From the NCBI GenBank assembly GCA_013239625.1, contig MU054001.1, positions 1,491,884 to 1,555,883 of the forward strand: a stretch of 64,000 nucleotides of DNA, in the 5' to 3' direction. Numbering within the stretch: position 1 is the stretch's first letter; every line of letters begins with the position of its first letter. Shown here in pieces: positions 1 through 13,100 of this stretch. The position numbers and the translations under genes are program-made. The DNA is from Lama guanicoe (Eukaryota). The notes under the pieces were generated by a model, which was not told the DNA's origin, did not search any database, and saw only the letters and a list, made by a program, of their open reading frames with translations.

Positions 1-1484
1 ACTGATCCTCTAATTTTGCATCTTTCCTAATTTTCCAGTGTTCTGTCTTTGCATTGTACTTTCTGAGTTCTACTTTATTTTCTAATCCTATGGAAATGTT
101 TATTTTTACTATTGCATTCTTCATTGCCAAGAGCTCTTCCTTGCTCTCTAATGCGCCCCTTTTTCAAACACACAAAAGTAGACAGAACTGTATGACAAGC
201 CCTCACGTGCTCATTACAAGGCTTCAACGAGTATCAACATTTTGCTAACCTTAACCCGTCCATTGCCTTATCCTGCCTTCTCTTCTGAATGACTTCAAAA
301 CAAACCTCTGGCATTATATTTCAATTGTAATTCTCTGGTATGTATCTCTAATGCCTAAGGATAACTTTTTTAAAAACTATAATCATAACACATTATCACA
401 ACTAACAAAATTAACAACAGGAATGTTCCTTTTTATTAACGTCTGGTTCCTGTTTCATGTATGGGATATCTTTCCTCATCTCCTTAAGAATAATAACCAT
501 TATTTATTTTGAAGTTTTGTCTTCTCCACATTGTCCTATTTCTCTGGGTTCCTTTCCTTCTGTTTTTTGTTTTTTGTGTGTTTTTGTTTTGTTTTGTTTC
601 ATTGTTTGGTTTTCATTCCCTCATTCTTGTTGGAGGATTCCCCAATGTTTGGTCATCCTTGCCTATCAGTTCATAACTTCAAGTGAGGCAATACAATGAG
701 ATTGGAAGCTCTATGTGCAGAAACTGAGTTTATCAACTGATGGGCCTCACTGTAGGGTAGTACGATGGAAACCTGGCCTCTTTAGATTTCCCCACAAGTC
801 AACCTACATATTTTTCCTTTGGGTTGATCAACTTCTTTGAAGAGGAATCCTCACACCTCCTTCTCTGGTTACATTAGTTAAATAATCTCTCTAAATAACA
901 GAGATCACAAAGGGCAGACCCTCAGATGTTTTCAGTGTGGGGAGGTAAATTTGGTATATTTGGACCATATAGGTTTTAAATTTCAATGTGCAGACTGCTC
1001 TTTACAATAAAGAGTTTTCAAATAAAACTCCACACTTTCAGGTTCTTTCAAAAAATCAGAGTATCTGCAAACACCAGGCCCACATTCACACTGTGAAGCT
1101 AAGTTCCAGGCAGGCGGCCCCTTTAGGAGGTAGGTGTACTTCTTATTTCACCACTGGCACCACCAGTCCCTGCTGTCTGCTCCTAGGGAGGTCAAGGTTA
1201 AGTTTCCTGCTCTAATGAGATGTGACTACATAAAAGGAAAATACATTTGTAAAATACACTTTTATTTATTTTCTTTCAGGGTATCCTGGGAAAAGGCTGG
1301 ATAATCCAATGGAACAACAGTAAGATAGGACAAACTAGAGCCCAGCACTCAGCAGACAGGTGGAACATTGTCTGCTTCGTACCTTAGACAATACACCTCA
1401 TGCCAACATCTGAGTGCCCTCACCATGCCCAAAGTCAGCTCTTCACAAAGGGTCACATACCCGGGTTTCAGCAGCACGAGCTAG

Positions 1485-1590
1485 GGAGAGAGAGAGAGAG
1501 AGATGGGAGAAGGGAAGAGAGAAAGACAGAAAGGGAAGGGAAGGAGAGAGAAGTGAAGGGAGAGACAGAGGCTTGAGAGAAAAGAACAGA
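1485..1590 (+). repeat. Purine-rich (GA) low-complexity tract
   Basis: Nearly pure G/A run of about 100 bp. Confidence 0.8.
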
Positions 1591-1757
1591 GATTTGTCCA
1601 GTGCATTCCAAAAGGGAAAGGAAATTCTCAAAAATGCTTGTCCTCCACCAAAGGGCAGCAAATCCTGCTTTATAGGGGTAAAGATAGGCCAAGTTCTGAA
1701 CTCATAGACTTATAAAAGCCCTAAAGTCTCTTCCTAGATAATATACTTGGTATTGCT

Positions 1758-1817
<60 letters not shown>
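1758..1817. repeat. Compound (TA)n(GA)n microsatellite
   Basis: Directly visible. Confidence 0.95.
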
Positions 1818-1822
<5 letters not shown>

Positions 1823-3031
1823 TCATATTATATATGAATATATAATATTTTATATGGTATGAATGTCATGACCAAGCTTAGCAAACACATCAGGAAAAAT
1901 CCCAGAAGTGTCCAAAGACAGTTTAGATGTGTTCAAATGACTTTTTAAAACACAAGATGATCAGCCATTAAAAATATCCAGCGATATTCTTTTTTTTTTT
2001 AACTGGTTGGCAAACAGGCTTGATTCAGTTTCAGACTTAAAAGTCATGCCCGTGACTCCTGCCTATCTACCTATTAGCTAAAAACCACAATGCTACAAAA
2101 CTCGCTTTTGGATTAACAGCCCTGTCATTTATCCTTTAAATGTTTATCTCCTTTGGTCACAATTTTATTGTAGTTAAACAGCAACTAGTGTGTGACCAAA
2201 AGCATTCAAATGCTCTGAGTGCACAAAGAGCACACTGTTCCGTTTTCCAGCTGAATGGACTTTTACTTGTGTGAACAAAAGACAAGCTCCTGATATTCTT
2301 CCAATGAAAAGGTAAGAAACAGCAAGGAAAAACATGGCACAGAAAAACCTCTCTCTGGGTTCACTTTACAAATGCTAATGAGGACAAGTGAACCAAATCG
2401 TTTCTCCTCCAAAAGTTTTAAAAAATCGTGAAAAAATAATTACCCATCTCGGCGTCTCTTTTAGAAGAGTTGTATTAATAATAATTCACAACCCACGGTA
2501 GCAAATATAGTACATGTTATCTAATATAGATACTATTAGAGAAAGCATGGCTACCTGCAAATATTGTGGCCGAAAACCAACGAGTTAGGTAAAATAAAAA
2601 CAGCGGTATCACGCAAAGGAGCTGGAAGTGCTGAACAGACTTGGCATTTGCAACATGAAATTTTAAAAAGCTCCCCAAGTCCTTCAGAAAGCAGATGGGA
2701 CTGCACCCCTAAGACCCTCTAACAATGTAAAGAAAGAAGCTCTTGCTGCCACCAACACTGGAAGGTGGTGAGGGCTCCCTGACCTGACTCTTACAGAAGA
2801 CCATTAAGATCATTTTCATAAATGAGTCATATTCTGTCCCAGCCTTCTTGCTAACCTATCTCTCATGTATCTCTCATACTAGTATATCTCTCATTTATTC
2901 TTTAGTTCTTAAATAAGTTAATGCATTATCATTGTTGTAGGCTGTTTTAATTTGAAGGCATTGAAAAAAAAGAAGAGTGAGGAAACTGAATTTTGAGATT
3001 AATTTTCAGGATGACAGAAGAAAGTCTAGCC

Positions 3032-3108
3032 AGGGAGGATATAGGTCAAGCGCTAGAGCACATGCTCAGTATGCATGAGGTCCTGGGTTCAATCCCCAGC
3101 ACCTCCTC

Positions 3109-3153
<45 letters not shown>

Positions 3154-3188
3154 ACCTAATTACCTACCCCCCCACCATAAAATAAATA
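3032..3188 (+). mobile_element. tRNA-derived SINE, Vic-1 type (camelid)
   Basis: tRNA-like head with A box and B box (GGTTCAATCCC), internal (TAAA)n, then ACCTAATTACC, a C-run and an A-rich tail. It is homologous to the copy at 59549. Confidence 0.85.
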
Positions 3189-3289
3189 GAGTCGGGAAAA
3201 CCTGAGCCCACATAAGCGGTTGCTACCTCAAGGCAGAAGGAAACCTAAGGACTTGGGGTTTATTTTCCTCTTCGACAACGTGTAGAAAC

Positions 3290-3650
3290 CGTGTTATTAT
3301 CTAGGATGAGGTCTGGCTGCAAGTGACAGAAAATCCAAAATGACAGTGGCATCACCAGGTTGGTATGGTGGGTCTCATGCTGTCCGCAGAGACTCAAGCC
3401 CCCTTCCAGCTCATCCCTCTGCTACCTCTAAGGACTGGCCCTCATCTCAAGATCCAAATGCAGCATTTCCATTCCAGGCAGCAGGATAAAAGGAAGGACC
3501 TAAGAAGAAAAGGGCAAAGGACATACAGCAGCTTTCTCTTATGGAAGCATCCCGGAAACTACCCTAGGCTACGTCCTCCTGGTCACATGGCCACACCCAG
3601 CTGCAGGGGAGGCTGGGAAAGGCAGTCTGTACTCTGGGGAGCTAATTGCC
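3290..3650 (-). mobile_element. Old MaLR LTR (MLT1-like), reverse
   Basis: GGCTGCAAGTGACAGAAAATCC...GGTCACATGGCCACACCCAGCTGCAGGGGAGGCTGGGAAA. Confidence 0.55.
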
Positions 3651-6269
3651 CTGAAAAGCCCATGACAGAAGGAGGCAAGAAGGAATCTCGAAGTTAACTT
3701 GCAGTCTCTACAGCAAAGAGAGCTCCTAGTTTTATAAAACTAAAAATAGTTGATGTTAGGCAAAAAAAGCTTCTTCAGAATAAGAAATTTGCAAATGCTT
3801 CAAACAGAAGAGTCACTAAAATATACAGACTTGACAATGGAGCCCTTGAATGACTTGCTATGATCTTTCAAGTACACCTCAAGGGTCTGGAGCAGACAAC
3901 TGAATACTCTCCTGTGCTTTCTCCCCCAGGAGTGAGCGTTCCTGTGACTCCCACGGACCTGGAAGACTCTCCTCTGGGTCGTGGTAACTGCCCAAGTTTC
4001 TCAGCCTTGCAGCCCAATCACCTCCCATCATTAAGAAAGAGAGGCCTTTCACATCCAAGGGGCAAATCTCACACAAATGACATTTGGCTGATGCCCAAAG
4101 GTGATAGGGATGAGAGCAGGATAAATAAAGAATAATGTAGAAGCCAGTTAGGGCAGCCTTTCATTATAGCCCTTTCAAGAGCTTTTAATCTTGGTCACAG
4201 TCAGTCGGCTAAAAATAATTACTTCTTCTAATGCATGTTGTACACACCAACTAGCAGTAGTAACACGTCAGCCCTTTTCACCCAGGAAAGATGCGGCCCC
4301 TGGCTTGCCTACAGCCATCTGAAATGATGTCTGTACAACTGCTCCAGCCCGAGTCTTATCTGACAATGATATCAAAAGAAAGACCCACTATCAGCAATAT
4401 TGTCAGGCCGTCTGTAAGTTGTAGAAGTACCTGGAAGAGGATTTAAACACCATCAGAAATATTTTTATAAGATTGGTTACTTCCTTTGATTATAATGAAG
4501 GTAAACAAAATTTTACTTAAGCATTCTTTTTTTGTTCAGAAGTTATTTCATTGTTGAGGTGTTTTGGGGTGCTGTTTGTCCTAATTCACTAGATTAATTT
4601 CTAGATTCCCTCTTAAATTCAAGGTACCTTTGAAACTGTCAGTCAGTCTGGTTAGTGGGAAAAGACCTGGAATTTTAAACTACAGACTCAGCTCGGTAAT
4701 TAAGCAGCTTTGTAATCCTGAAGAAGCCAACAAACTTTCTGAGCTTCACTGGGCCTCAGCTGAACTATGAGGAAGTCTGACTCAAAAAAGCCATGTGGTT
4801 CTTCAGAGAGTCACAGTACACATGGGTGGGTTTGTATAAACCCATATAAAGTGATATCACTTAATAATAATAGAATAACAATTATCTAAACATAAAATTC
4901 ATCAATAGGACCCACCTGAAAGAGGGATTTGATAAGAGGATTCACAGCAGAGTTTCTTTAAGTCATGGACACTTCCAAACCCAGTTCACTAATACAAACA
5001 TGATGTAAAAATTAAACGAAGACATCAGTGGCATAAAGGAAGGTACCCTATCATGCAAATGGATAAACGACAGCAGGAGTAGCATCTAGCTGTGGGTCAG
5101 GAGGGAGCTAGCAGCAGGAACATGAACAAAGTGGAGTGTTTTTCAAATAAAAACTCAGCAGCCAGATCTCCTACAGTTGGAAAGCCAGCATGGAAACCCT
5201 AGCTTTATGTGAGAGCAGAAAGCGTTCGACGTTGGGGGGTGGGGGTGGCTTCTACAAAGCCACACTTCCCAGCTGAGGAAATGGTGAGATTGAGCCCAAC
5301 ATGCTCCCTTTCAAAGAGACATCTAAATTACAGTCGTGGGCACTGTGTCAAACACGACTGTGAACGGAAACCGCTCACCTCTCAAGATGGCAGTCTTACC
5401 GAGTACATGTGGGGCCCGCGGAGGATTTACAGTGACTGGGAAAGACACAAACCCAAGTGGCAGCACCAAATAATAAAAGCAGGAGTTACAGCCAAATTAT
5501 GGGGCCTCTGAGGACCAGGCAAAATCCACACAAATATTTTGTAAATTACATGAAGTGAGCATTATAAAGCATGCGCACAGATACTAAACTCGGAAGAATT
5601 TTTTTCAATTATACCAACAACAAAAAAGTGTAAGTTCCAAGAGGAGCAGCTATAAATCTCACAACATTTTCATACTTTATTAATCTTTGCTGGGCTTCAT
5701 CAAATAAATGTTTACATTGAAAACCTATCCCCGGGTTTTTTGGGTTTGTGTTTTTAAAAGCCTTCAATGAAGGATACTTTAAAATAAAAGAAAAAAAAAG
5801 GTCTTATCTGACTATGTGAATTTTGCTTGCAAACTCTTTGTATCTTGGGGGGAACTGGGCTTACTTTTATTATAACTGTAAACTTCATTTATCATTTCAC
5901 AGGAGACATTAAAATAATTGTGGGCAATCTGATATTGTCCCTTGCAAGCCACATTCCCGCCCTGCAGATAACACTGCTACCACACAGCTGGATAACAAGA
6001 TGGTGTTAAAAGTACTGTGGAACCACATAATTGCTCCATCATTAGTGGCTGGGGGCGGGGGTTGGGGGGATGAGTCTTAAAACAAATTATTCCACATGGA
6101 TTGAAAAAGGATGTTGACAGATGCAAGACTGGCTGCTGAGTTACAGGATAGAAATCAACTTCTTAAAAATTTTTATGGTCCTATTTGAACACTACCCTCT
6201 TGAGTTACAATTTCTAGAAACAAAACTGATTTATATTCAAATCCCCTTTGACCCAGCTCTTCTGCTGAC

Positions 6270-6800
6270 ACACCTATATGGATAGACCACATTTTTGTTT
6301 ATCCATTCATCACTGATGGACATTTGTATTGTTTCCACTTTTTGGTGATTATGAATGCTGCTGCTATAGGGGAAAAAAAGTATATAAAAAAAGTGTAACC
6401 CTGCAAAAGGCTATATTTCTCCTATTACTTGGAAGCCCAAACTTTCCCTCTTAAAGAGATAACTATTGTGAGTCTTTCCAGAGATATTCTATCTTTACAT
6501 AAGCATTTTATACAAAGAGTTACAAGTATTCTGCATCTTGTCTTTTTTATTTAAATATGTTAAAGACTGCTTCATATTGGTACATACAGAACTGTCTCTT
6601 CTTAATGGCTTCATATTGGTACATACAGAACTGCTTCTTCTTAATGGTACGAGAGTAGTACATCTTCTTTAATACTTTTAATGCGCCCTCTACTGATGGA
6701 CCTTTAGGTTGTTTCTTACGTGTTACCACTACAAATAGCAAATAATGAATAGTCTTGTACATAAGTCTTTGTACACATGCGCCAGTAAACAAAGTGGAAT
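6270..6800 (-). mobile_element. Degenerate L1M fragments
   Basis: ATCCATTCATCACTGATGGACATTTGTATTGTTTCCACTTTTTGG and related decayed segments. Confidence 0.55.
6569..6646. repeat. 39-bp tandem duplication (2 copies, 2 mismatches)
   Basis: GCTTCATATTGGTACATACAGAACTG(TC/CT)TCTTCTTAATG at 6569 and 6608. Confidence 0.92.
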
Positions 6801-6989
6801 CAATTCATGTAAGGAGAACATTTGGGTCAGAGGGGATTTGAATATAAATAAATCTTGTTTCCAGAAGATTTTAATTCAAGAAGGTAAAATGTAAGATGGA
6901 AATCCTGACTGTTGCTTTAATAAAGAGGGTCTCTAATCAGCAGCATTATTAGATAATGAGCAGTCTGCTGCATAATAATTTGTCTTAGT

Positions 6990-7530
6990 ATCTTTATTGA
7001 GATATAATTCACATACATAAAATTCACCCATTTAGAATGCACAATTCAATGGTTTTTAGTATATGCACAAAATTTTGCAACAGTCATTACAATCTAAGTT
7101 TAGAACATTGTCATCATACTAAGAAGAAACCCCGTACCCCCGTACCCATTAGCAGTCACTCCCAACTCCCATCTCACCACATTCATAGCCCGAGGCAATT
7201 GCTAACCTGTTTTCTGTTCTTTATAGATTTGCCAACTGTAGACATTTTATATAAATGGAATCACATAATATGTATTTTTTTTGCATTCAGCTTTCACTTA
7301 ACGTAATGCTTTCAAGGTTCACCAATGTTGTAGAATATATCAGTACTGTCATCCTTTTTTATTGCAGAATAGTATTCCATGTAACTACACAATATTTTGT
7401 TGACCTATTCATCAGTGGAGGATCATTTGGGGTGGTTTCTATTTTGGGGCTATTATGAACAATGCTACCATGAGAATTTTGTACAGGTTTTTGTGTGGAC
7501 ATACGTTTTCATTTCTTTGAGAATGTATCT
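6990..7530 (-). mobile_element. Old L1M 3' fragment, reverse orientation
   Basis: TTTATTGAGATATAATTCACATAC...ATAAATGGAATCACATAATATGT...GCTATTATGAACAATGCT. Confidence 0.75.
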
Positions 7531-8081
7531 ATGAGTGAACAAACGAGTGAAAAGGTGAGTGAACCTACAGAAACGTGTGTAAGAAATTTTTTTTTTAATG
7601 TGAGTATTGCCCAAGGACGAAAACACAACACTGACACTTCACAGATTAACAAGAAGACTCTAACAATATTTTGTTGTCAGAGTACAAGTCAGTATCTTTA
7701 AAATGACATTTTAAGTAAGATGGCATTTATTTGAAAATGACTATGAAGATTAAATAAATGTCTATACACCTTAGGTTTAAACAAATCCAGAAATTTCACC
7801 AGCCAAGTGGATAGAGAAGATGAAGTTCTATTCCTTTAGATCTACAGCCTTCCACGATTTCTTCTCGATCCTCATCCTCTGAAATGTCTGAACTCCCAGG
7901 GTTTGGGTACAAGTCAATAAAGGAAACCTGTTCTGAGCTTCCACTACGTTCCATGCACCCTGCTAGGCCTGAAAGACATAGGGAGTAATAAAACCCTTGA
8001 GTTCTCATTCTCTAGGAATTCACATTTCAATGAGTGTGATACTTTTTGATAATAGTATGCAGAGATTTTAAGGGTATAAAC

Positions 8082-8260
8082 CAAGGGAGAGCAAACTTTT
8101 TCCATAAATGGCCAGACAGTAAATATCTCAGGCTTTGTAGGCCACATGTGGCCCCTACTGAATATTCTCATTTTTCTTTTCTTATTTTTTTTCTTTTTCC
8201 TCTTGTTAAAAATCCTTTAAAAATGTAAAAAACCATTCTTAGCCCAAGAGCCAGCCCCTG
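8082..8260. mobile_element. hAT-Charlie MER58-like non-autonomous DNA transposon, internally deleted
   Basis: CAAGGG...CCCCTG termini with a perfect 8-bp TSD GTATAAAC (8074-8081 and 8261-8268). Confidence 0.85.
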
Positions 8261-8561
8261 GTATAAACTACGAGCAAAGGGAAAAATTACAGGTTCCCTA
8301 TCTTACCAATTAAACATGCTGGATACAATTTAAAATTCATTTATATGAGTTATAATACCCTCAGCTCAACTCTGGTTCCTCTCACTAATTCTTCTTTATT
8401 TCCATGACTCTGTTGATAACAATGTTTTTTCTCTTACAGATGACTTGGTAACTGATGAAATGAACTTCTTTTCTGTCCCGAAATTAGGTCTATCCTTCAA
8501 TTCTCAACTGAAACTGCATTTTGCAGAGCTAGCTGACATCTTGTTGAACACCAGACCCTAG

Positions 8562-8564
<3 letters not shown>

Positions 8565-8654
<90 letters not shown>

Positions 8655-8670
8655 ACATACACACAAACAC
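8565..8670. repeat. (AC)42 perfect microsatellite plus degenerate tail
   Basis: Uninterrupted AC run at 8565-8648. Confidence 0.97.
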
Positions 8671-8689
8671 ATCTCTTCTTACACTAATC

Positions 8690-9040
8690 CCTCTGTAGTA
8701 GTGAGAATGGTTTAGGCTACACCGTGAATAAACTCCCAAATCTCAGGGACTTCATACTGAAAGCTCCTTCTTGCTCCAGTTCCCTGTCCAGTATGGTCCA
8801 GTGAGGGCTCTACTCCACACAGTCACCCATGGACCCAACCTAATGCAGAGCCCACCATCTGGAACACACAGCCCCCATAGGCACCGTGGCAGGGCAAGGG
8901 AAAGCACACAAGTAGCACACCAGCTCTTCAATGTCTTGACCAGGAGACGATACCTATCACTGCCACTTCCATTTCATTGGCTAACACTAATCATATAACA
9001 CCATCTAACGGCAAGGAAGCTGGGAGTTGTGACCTTCCAG
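8690..9040 (-). mobile_element. Old MaLR LTR (MLT1-like), reverse
   Basis: CCCAAATCTCAGGGACTT...ATTTCATTGGC...GCAAGGAAGCTGGGA. Confidence 0.5.
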
Positions 9041-11256
9041 CGCCCTTAGGAAGAAGAACAAAAACTAGGAGTTGACTGTAAAAGCTGAAGCAGATATAGG
9101 ATGCCAGCAACAACCTCACAATGGCTGGATGTGCCTCACTGATCTCACAGTTATGCATTACGCAGCATGATTGCTAAGGTGTGGTATATAGACTACTCAG
9201 GCACAAATAAACCTCCACTCACCACCCTCAAACTCTCCATGCTAGTAAAGCCAGGTCATAACACATTTGTGACTTCAGTGCAGCAGAAATGAACTAGGGT
9301 CATGTACCCAGTTTATTTCTGGGGTCAGGTTATAGGGCATATCCTGTAAGCACTTCTAAGGTGAAGCAAATTTTAGGCTTATCCAAAGCAATATAAACCT
9401 CACCCAAGACCATCAATAGCAAATATGCATTGAAATGCACACCTGAGAACATGATGAGAAAATGGTAACTGATCATTTTGAAAAAAAGACACAGAGCATC
9501 TTTTGCAGGATCCCATGCCTCTCCTATATATCTTATATTCTCTTTGAGAACGTACCACATAAAAACCTACCTTACCTCAATATATACATAATGCCATGCT
9601 CAGTACTTTGTATTGAGTAAGGAGCTCAATAAACACTTCTTTATTTGAATGAAACACTGAAGGAACTGAGTCAATGAAATCATAGTGGAGCTGAATCTGG
9701 TTACAGCATGGCCTCTTTCAAAGCAACACTGGAGAGCTAAAAGGCTGGGACAGAAAGAGCTGCATCTTTCCCAGAAGAATCAGAGAAGGTATGTGGACTG
9801 GGTAGTCAAGTTGGACTTGGGCTCACAATGCCCCAAGGACACTGACAAATAGCCCAATAATAACCCATCTGGGTCTCAGAAGTCACTCCTTAGAGCTGCT
9901 CTGTAAAAGCCAAAAGGAATTATTCATTAGCAAGTGTGAATAACACTAGATACCACCAGCAGATTGTGTTTGGCCTTGCTGAATTATTCATTAGCATTTG
10001 TGAGAAATGTACAATCCAAAGTGTGTTAAGCCAATCCAGATTGTGCAGCAATGTTTGTTTTCCTTTAAAAACATTTAAAAAAAAAATCACCTCCAAGCTA
10101 CAGTTCTTATATTTAAGACAAGTTATAAATCTGGCTAAATAAGTAGGTGAAGAGTAGAAAGTCAAGTAAGAAAGGGATAATTGCGATCGTATTTAACATT
10201 CATCATTATAATGACAGGCAGTACACTGAACCAATGTTTGTTTACCTGTCCACATCTTGCCTTTTTCGATACTGTATGGTCAAAGACAGTAGGAGCTCTA
10301 CAATGAGATTCATACATGGAGGGGGAAAAAACTCCTTTGAGTCCTGTCACAGAGCAGATGCAAATTTAATTACCGTGCGTTAAGCTTTCCATCTTGTCTA
10401 GGTGTCCTTGGGAAGCAACTGTAAACAAGAAGCACTCGGCAATCAGGTGTCAGGGGCTCATTTGATCTGCTTGGAAATATGTCACAAATCCCTGGCAGAA
10501 AGTGAGTCGGGAAAGGGAACAAAGCGAGAGGCCTGACAGTGTTGGAGGCAGCTCTTGGGGGTGTGCCTGTTAGTGCTGGGGACCGCTCCCACTCCCGGCT
10601 CCAACGTCCCAGAAAGAGTGCTCCCTGCCTGACAAGGCTCTCTCATCTCACATTTGTTATACATTTTCCCATGGTCTGCAGAAATCACCACCACAACTGG
10701 GGAGTCAACTGGAGAGATACTACGCACAATTAAATTATTCGAGACTACGGGAAACCTAGCAGGAGCTGATTTGTTTCTTAAAGACAATTGGGGAAGTCTG
10801 GAAATTAGTGCAGAATCTAAATTCAGGTAAAAGAGAGCCTATCAGCCAGCAGTCTCAAAAGACAACCCTAGGCCTAGCTGCATCCCCATCTCTTTGGTGT
10901 GCCCCTAACTGAATAAGAGGAACATCTCATCCTACGAAGCTCCAGGTCTGAACCTGAGCTGTCAAATGCCACGTCATTTCTCTGATAATGGGTGATGCAC
11001 ATGTAAGGCAACTGAAAGGAAGTGATCCCTGAGTGTACGCAATTTGTAATTCTGCAAAGAGCCTGTAGCCTTCCTGAAGGGAGCCCACATCCAGAGGACA
11101 CGGTTCAATTCTATAATTGCAGAAAATGGATTTCTGCCCTAACAACCAAGCCACGGTTTGAGAAGGGCTTTCTGCTGAATTATCTTATAGGAAATTTGAA
11201 TTTTAGTACTTAAGTCAAGCTCTCCCCATCTCTATCATGAATAAACAACTTCCAAA

Positions 11257-11843
11257 TGTTACCAAACTCAGGTTCGGCTGCTCGCTGCTCGCTGCTCGAA
11301 AGCCAATACTCAAGATGAGTGTTGGTTGGAAAGGAAAGGCTGCTTTAGTCAGGAGGCTGGCAGCCTGGGGAGAAGGCAGACTCATGTCCAAAACCCTATT
11401 CCAAAGAGTCTGCTCGACCATGAAAGTTCTTAAAGGGAAAATTATTTAATGAGGGGGTCACAGTCTTCATTATCTTCCACTGTGGGCAGACTTTCTTCTA
11501 ATTGGTTGGTGGTGAGGTAAAATGGCGGTATTCCAGAAATCTTGTCCTCAGCCTGAAGTTATCATCCTCCACTTGGGTGAGGGTCTTAGTTCCTACAAAA
11601 GACCTCAAAGGTATTGTTATGTATATTCCTTGAGGAACCAGGACCCTGCCCCATGGCTGCGCTATTGTTTCTTGACTGTTCCTCCTTCATGTCTGCAGCT
11701 CATAAGCAACTGTTTGAATCTGTCCTTTGGAACTCAGGAGAAGTCAAGGAGGCTGAATAAAGCCTATTTCCTACAAATAAGAAGTGGAGAACATGCGAAG
11801 GATTCATACCCAGGATGGCCTGACAGGGTCTTGCCCCGTTTCA
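11257..11843 (-). mobile_element. ERV1-class solo LTR (587 bp)
   Basis: TG...CA termini and 4-bp TSD CAAA (11253-11256 and 11844-11847). Minus strand begins TGAAACGGGGCAAGACCCTG and ends GGTAACA, with CCAAT boxes and a variant poly(A) signal ACTAAA. Confidence 0.85.
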
Positions 11844-12974
11844 CAAATGGAGGGGAAAAAAAACCTGAGAGTAAGCAAGCTCTATTAAACTTGGAGCAAA
11901 TTAACTGATCTTTCTAAGCTTCAATGTCCTCATCTCTAAAATCAGGGGAGAATGGCAACCACGTAGGGTTCCTGTGAGAATTACAGAAGATAATACATGT
12001 AAATGATAGCCAGGATAATTACATTAAAGAACAGGGCAATTACTATTAATAATACAATTATTATTTGCCTAGTAACACAAGTATTCCCATGATACTAAAA
12101 TTGTTCCTAAAATTCTCTGCAAACAGCTTACAACTATTTTATTATTGAACATATCTAAGATGAGCACAGTTCTCCTCCCCCTCGTTTTACCACTGTCAAA
12201 ATGAGAAAGATATCAAAGACTCATCTCGGCTTCCAGAGAATTAACCTATTACCTAAACATCAGCATGTGAGCAAGGAGGAACAGAAGTAGAGAGGAAAGG
12301 GTAAAAAAGGCACCTGGGGCCAGCAAACTGCTGGTCCCATTCATTTCTTAATTTCCCTGTTGCCTAATCCTCCTTACATTCATTTCAGATTCCTTCTAAG
12401 AGTGTGGCAACAAGAGAACGGACAGAGCCAAAAGGAGACACCTAGTGGCCAAGTAAGCTAGTAAACCTGCACTCAGACTACAGTAAAACAGCAAGTAATG
12501 TCAAATAACCTTACAAGCCAGGAAAACCTCTTTTTAGCATGTGATATGTCAATTAAAAGCAATAGAGAGAGAAATGTTAAGTATAAATGAAATATAATAC
12601 TTCATGTGTTAAATAAAGCTGCATTTTAAACTCCTACTTCAGACTAAAATTCACTGCTTCTATACATTGGGAAGGGCTCGGTTGTGGAAAGAAGACAGGT
12701 TTCTGGAGTTAAACACACCTGGGTTCAAATTCAAACTCTGCCACCAACTCGTTGATCGAGCAATACTTTCTAAGCTTTTCCAAGTCACGAAGCATGTAGA
12801 AAATTGTGATATTTGCAAGGTACATTTGAGTAACCAGAAGAGGCTGCTGGGGCCAGAGTTGAAAGAGGACCCACCTGCCCATTCCAAGAGCTAAGAGGAC
12901 CATTATCTCCACAATCGATAACTCATTCAAGGCACATCAGTGGGATGTGCTCCTTAAACAATCTACTTAATATT

Positions 12975-13100
12975 AATGGGTCTCTGTTTCCTCATCTCTA
13001 AAATGGGGCAAATAATACCTATTTCACAGGTTTATTATGAAGATTAAACTAGGTAACATATTAATAAAATGCCTGTCACATACTAGGTACTCAATAAACG
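12975..13100 (+). mobile_element. MIR SINE
   Basis: TTTCCTCATCTCTAAAATGGGG...GGTACTCAATAAA. Confidence 0.65.

Noticed and set aside
3032..3105. tRNA gene (also 59549-59625)
   Set aside because: Both heads are degenerate and continue into the same non-tRNA tail with an A-rich end, and one has a TSD. They are SINEs.
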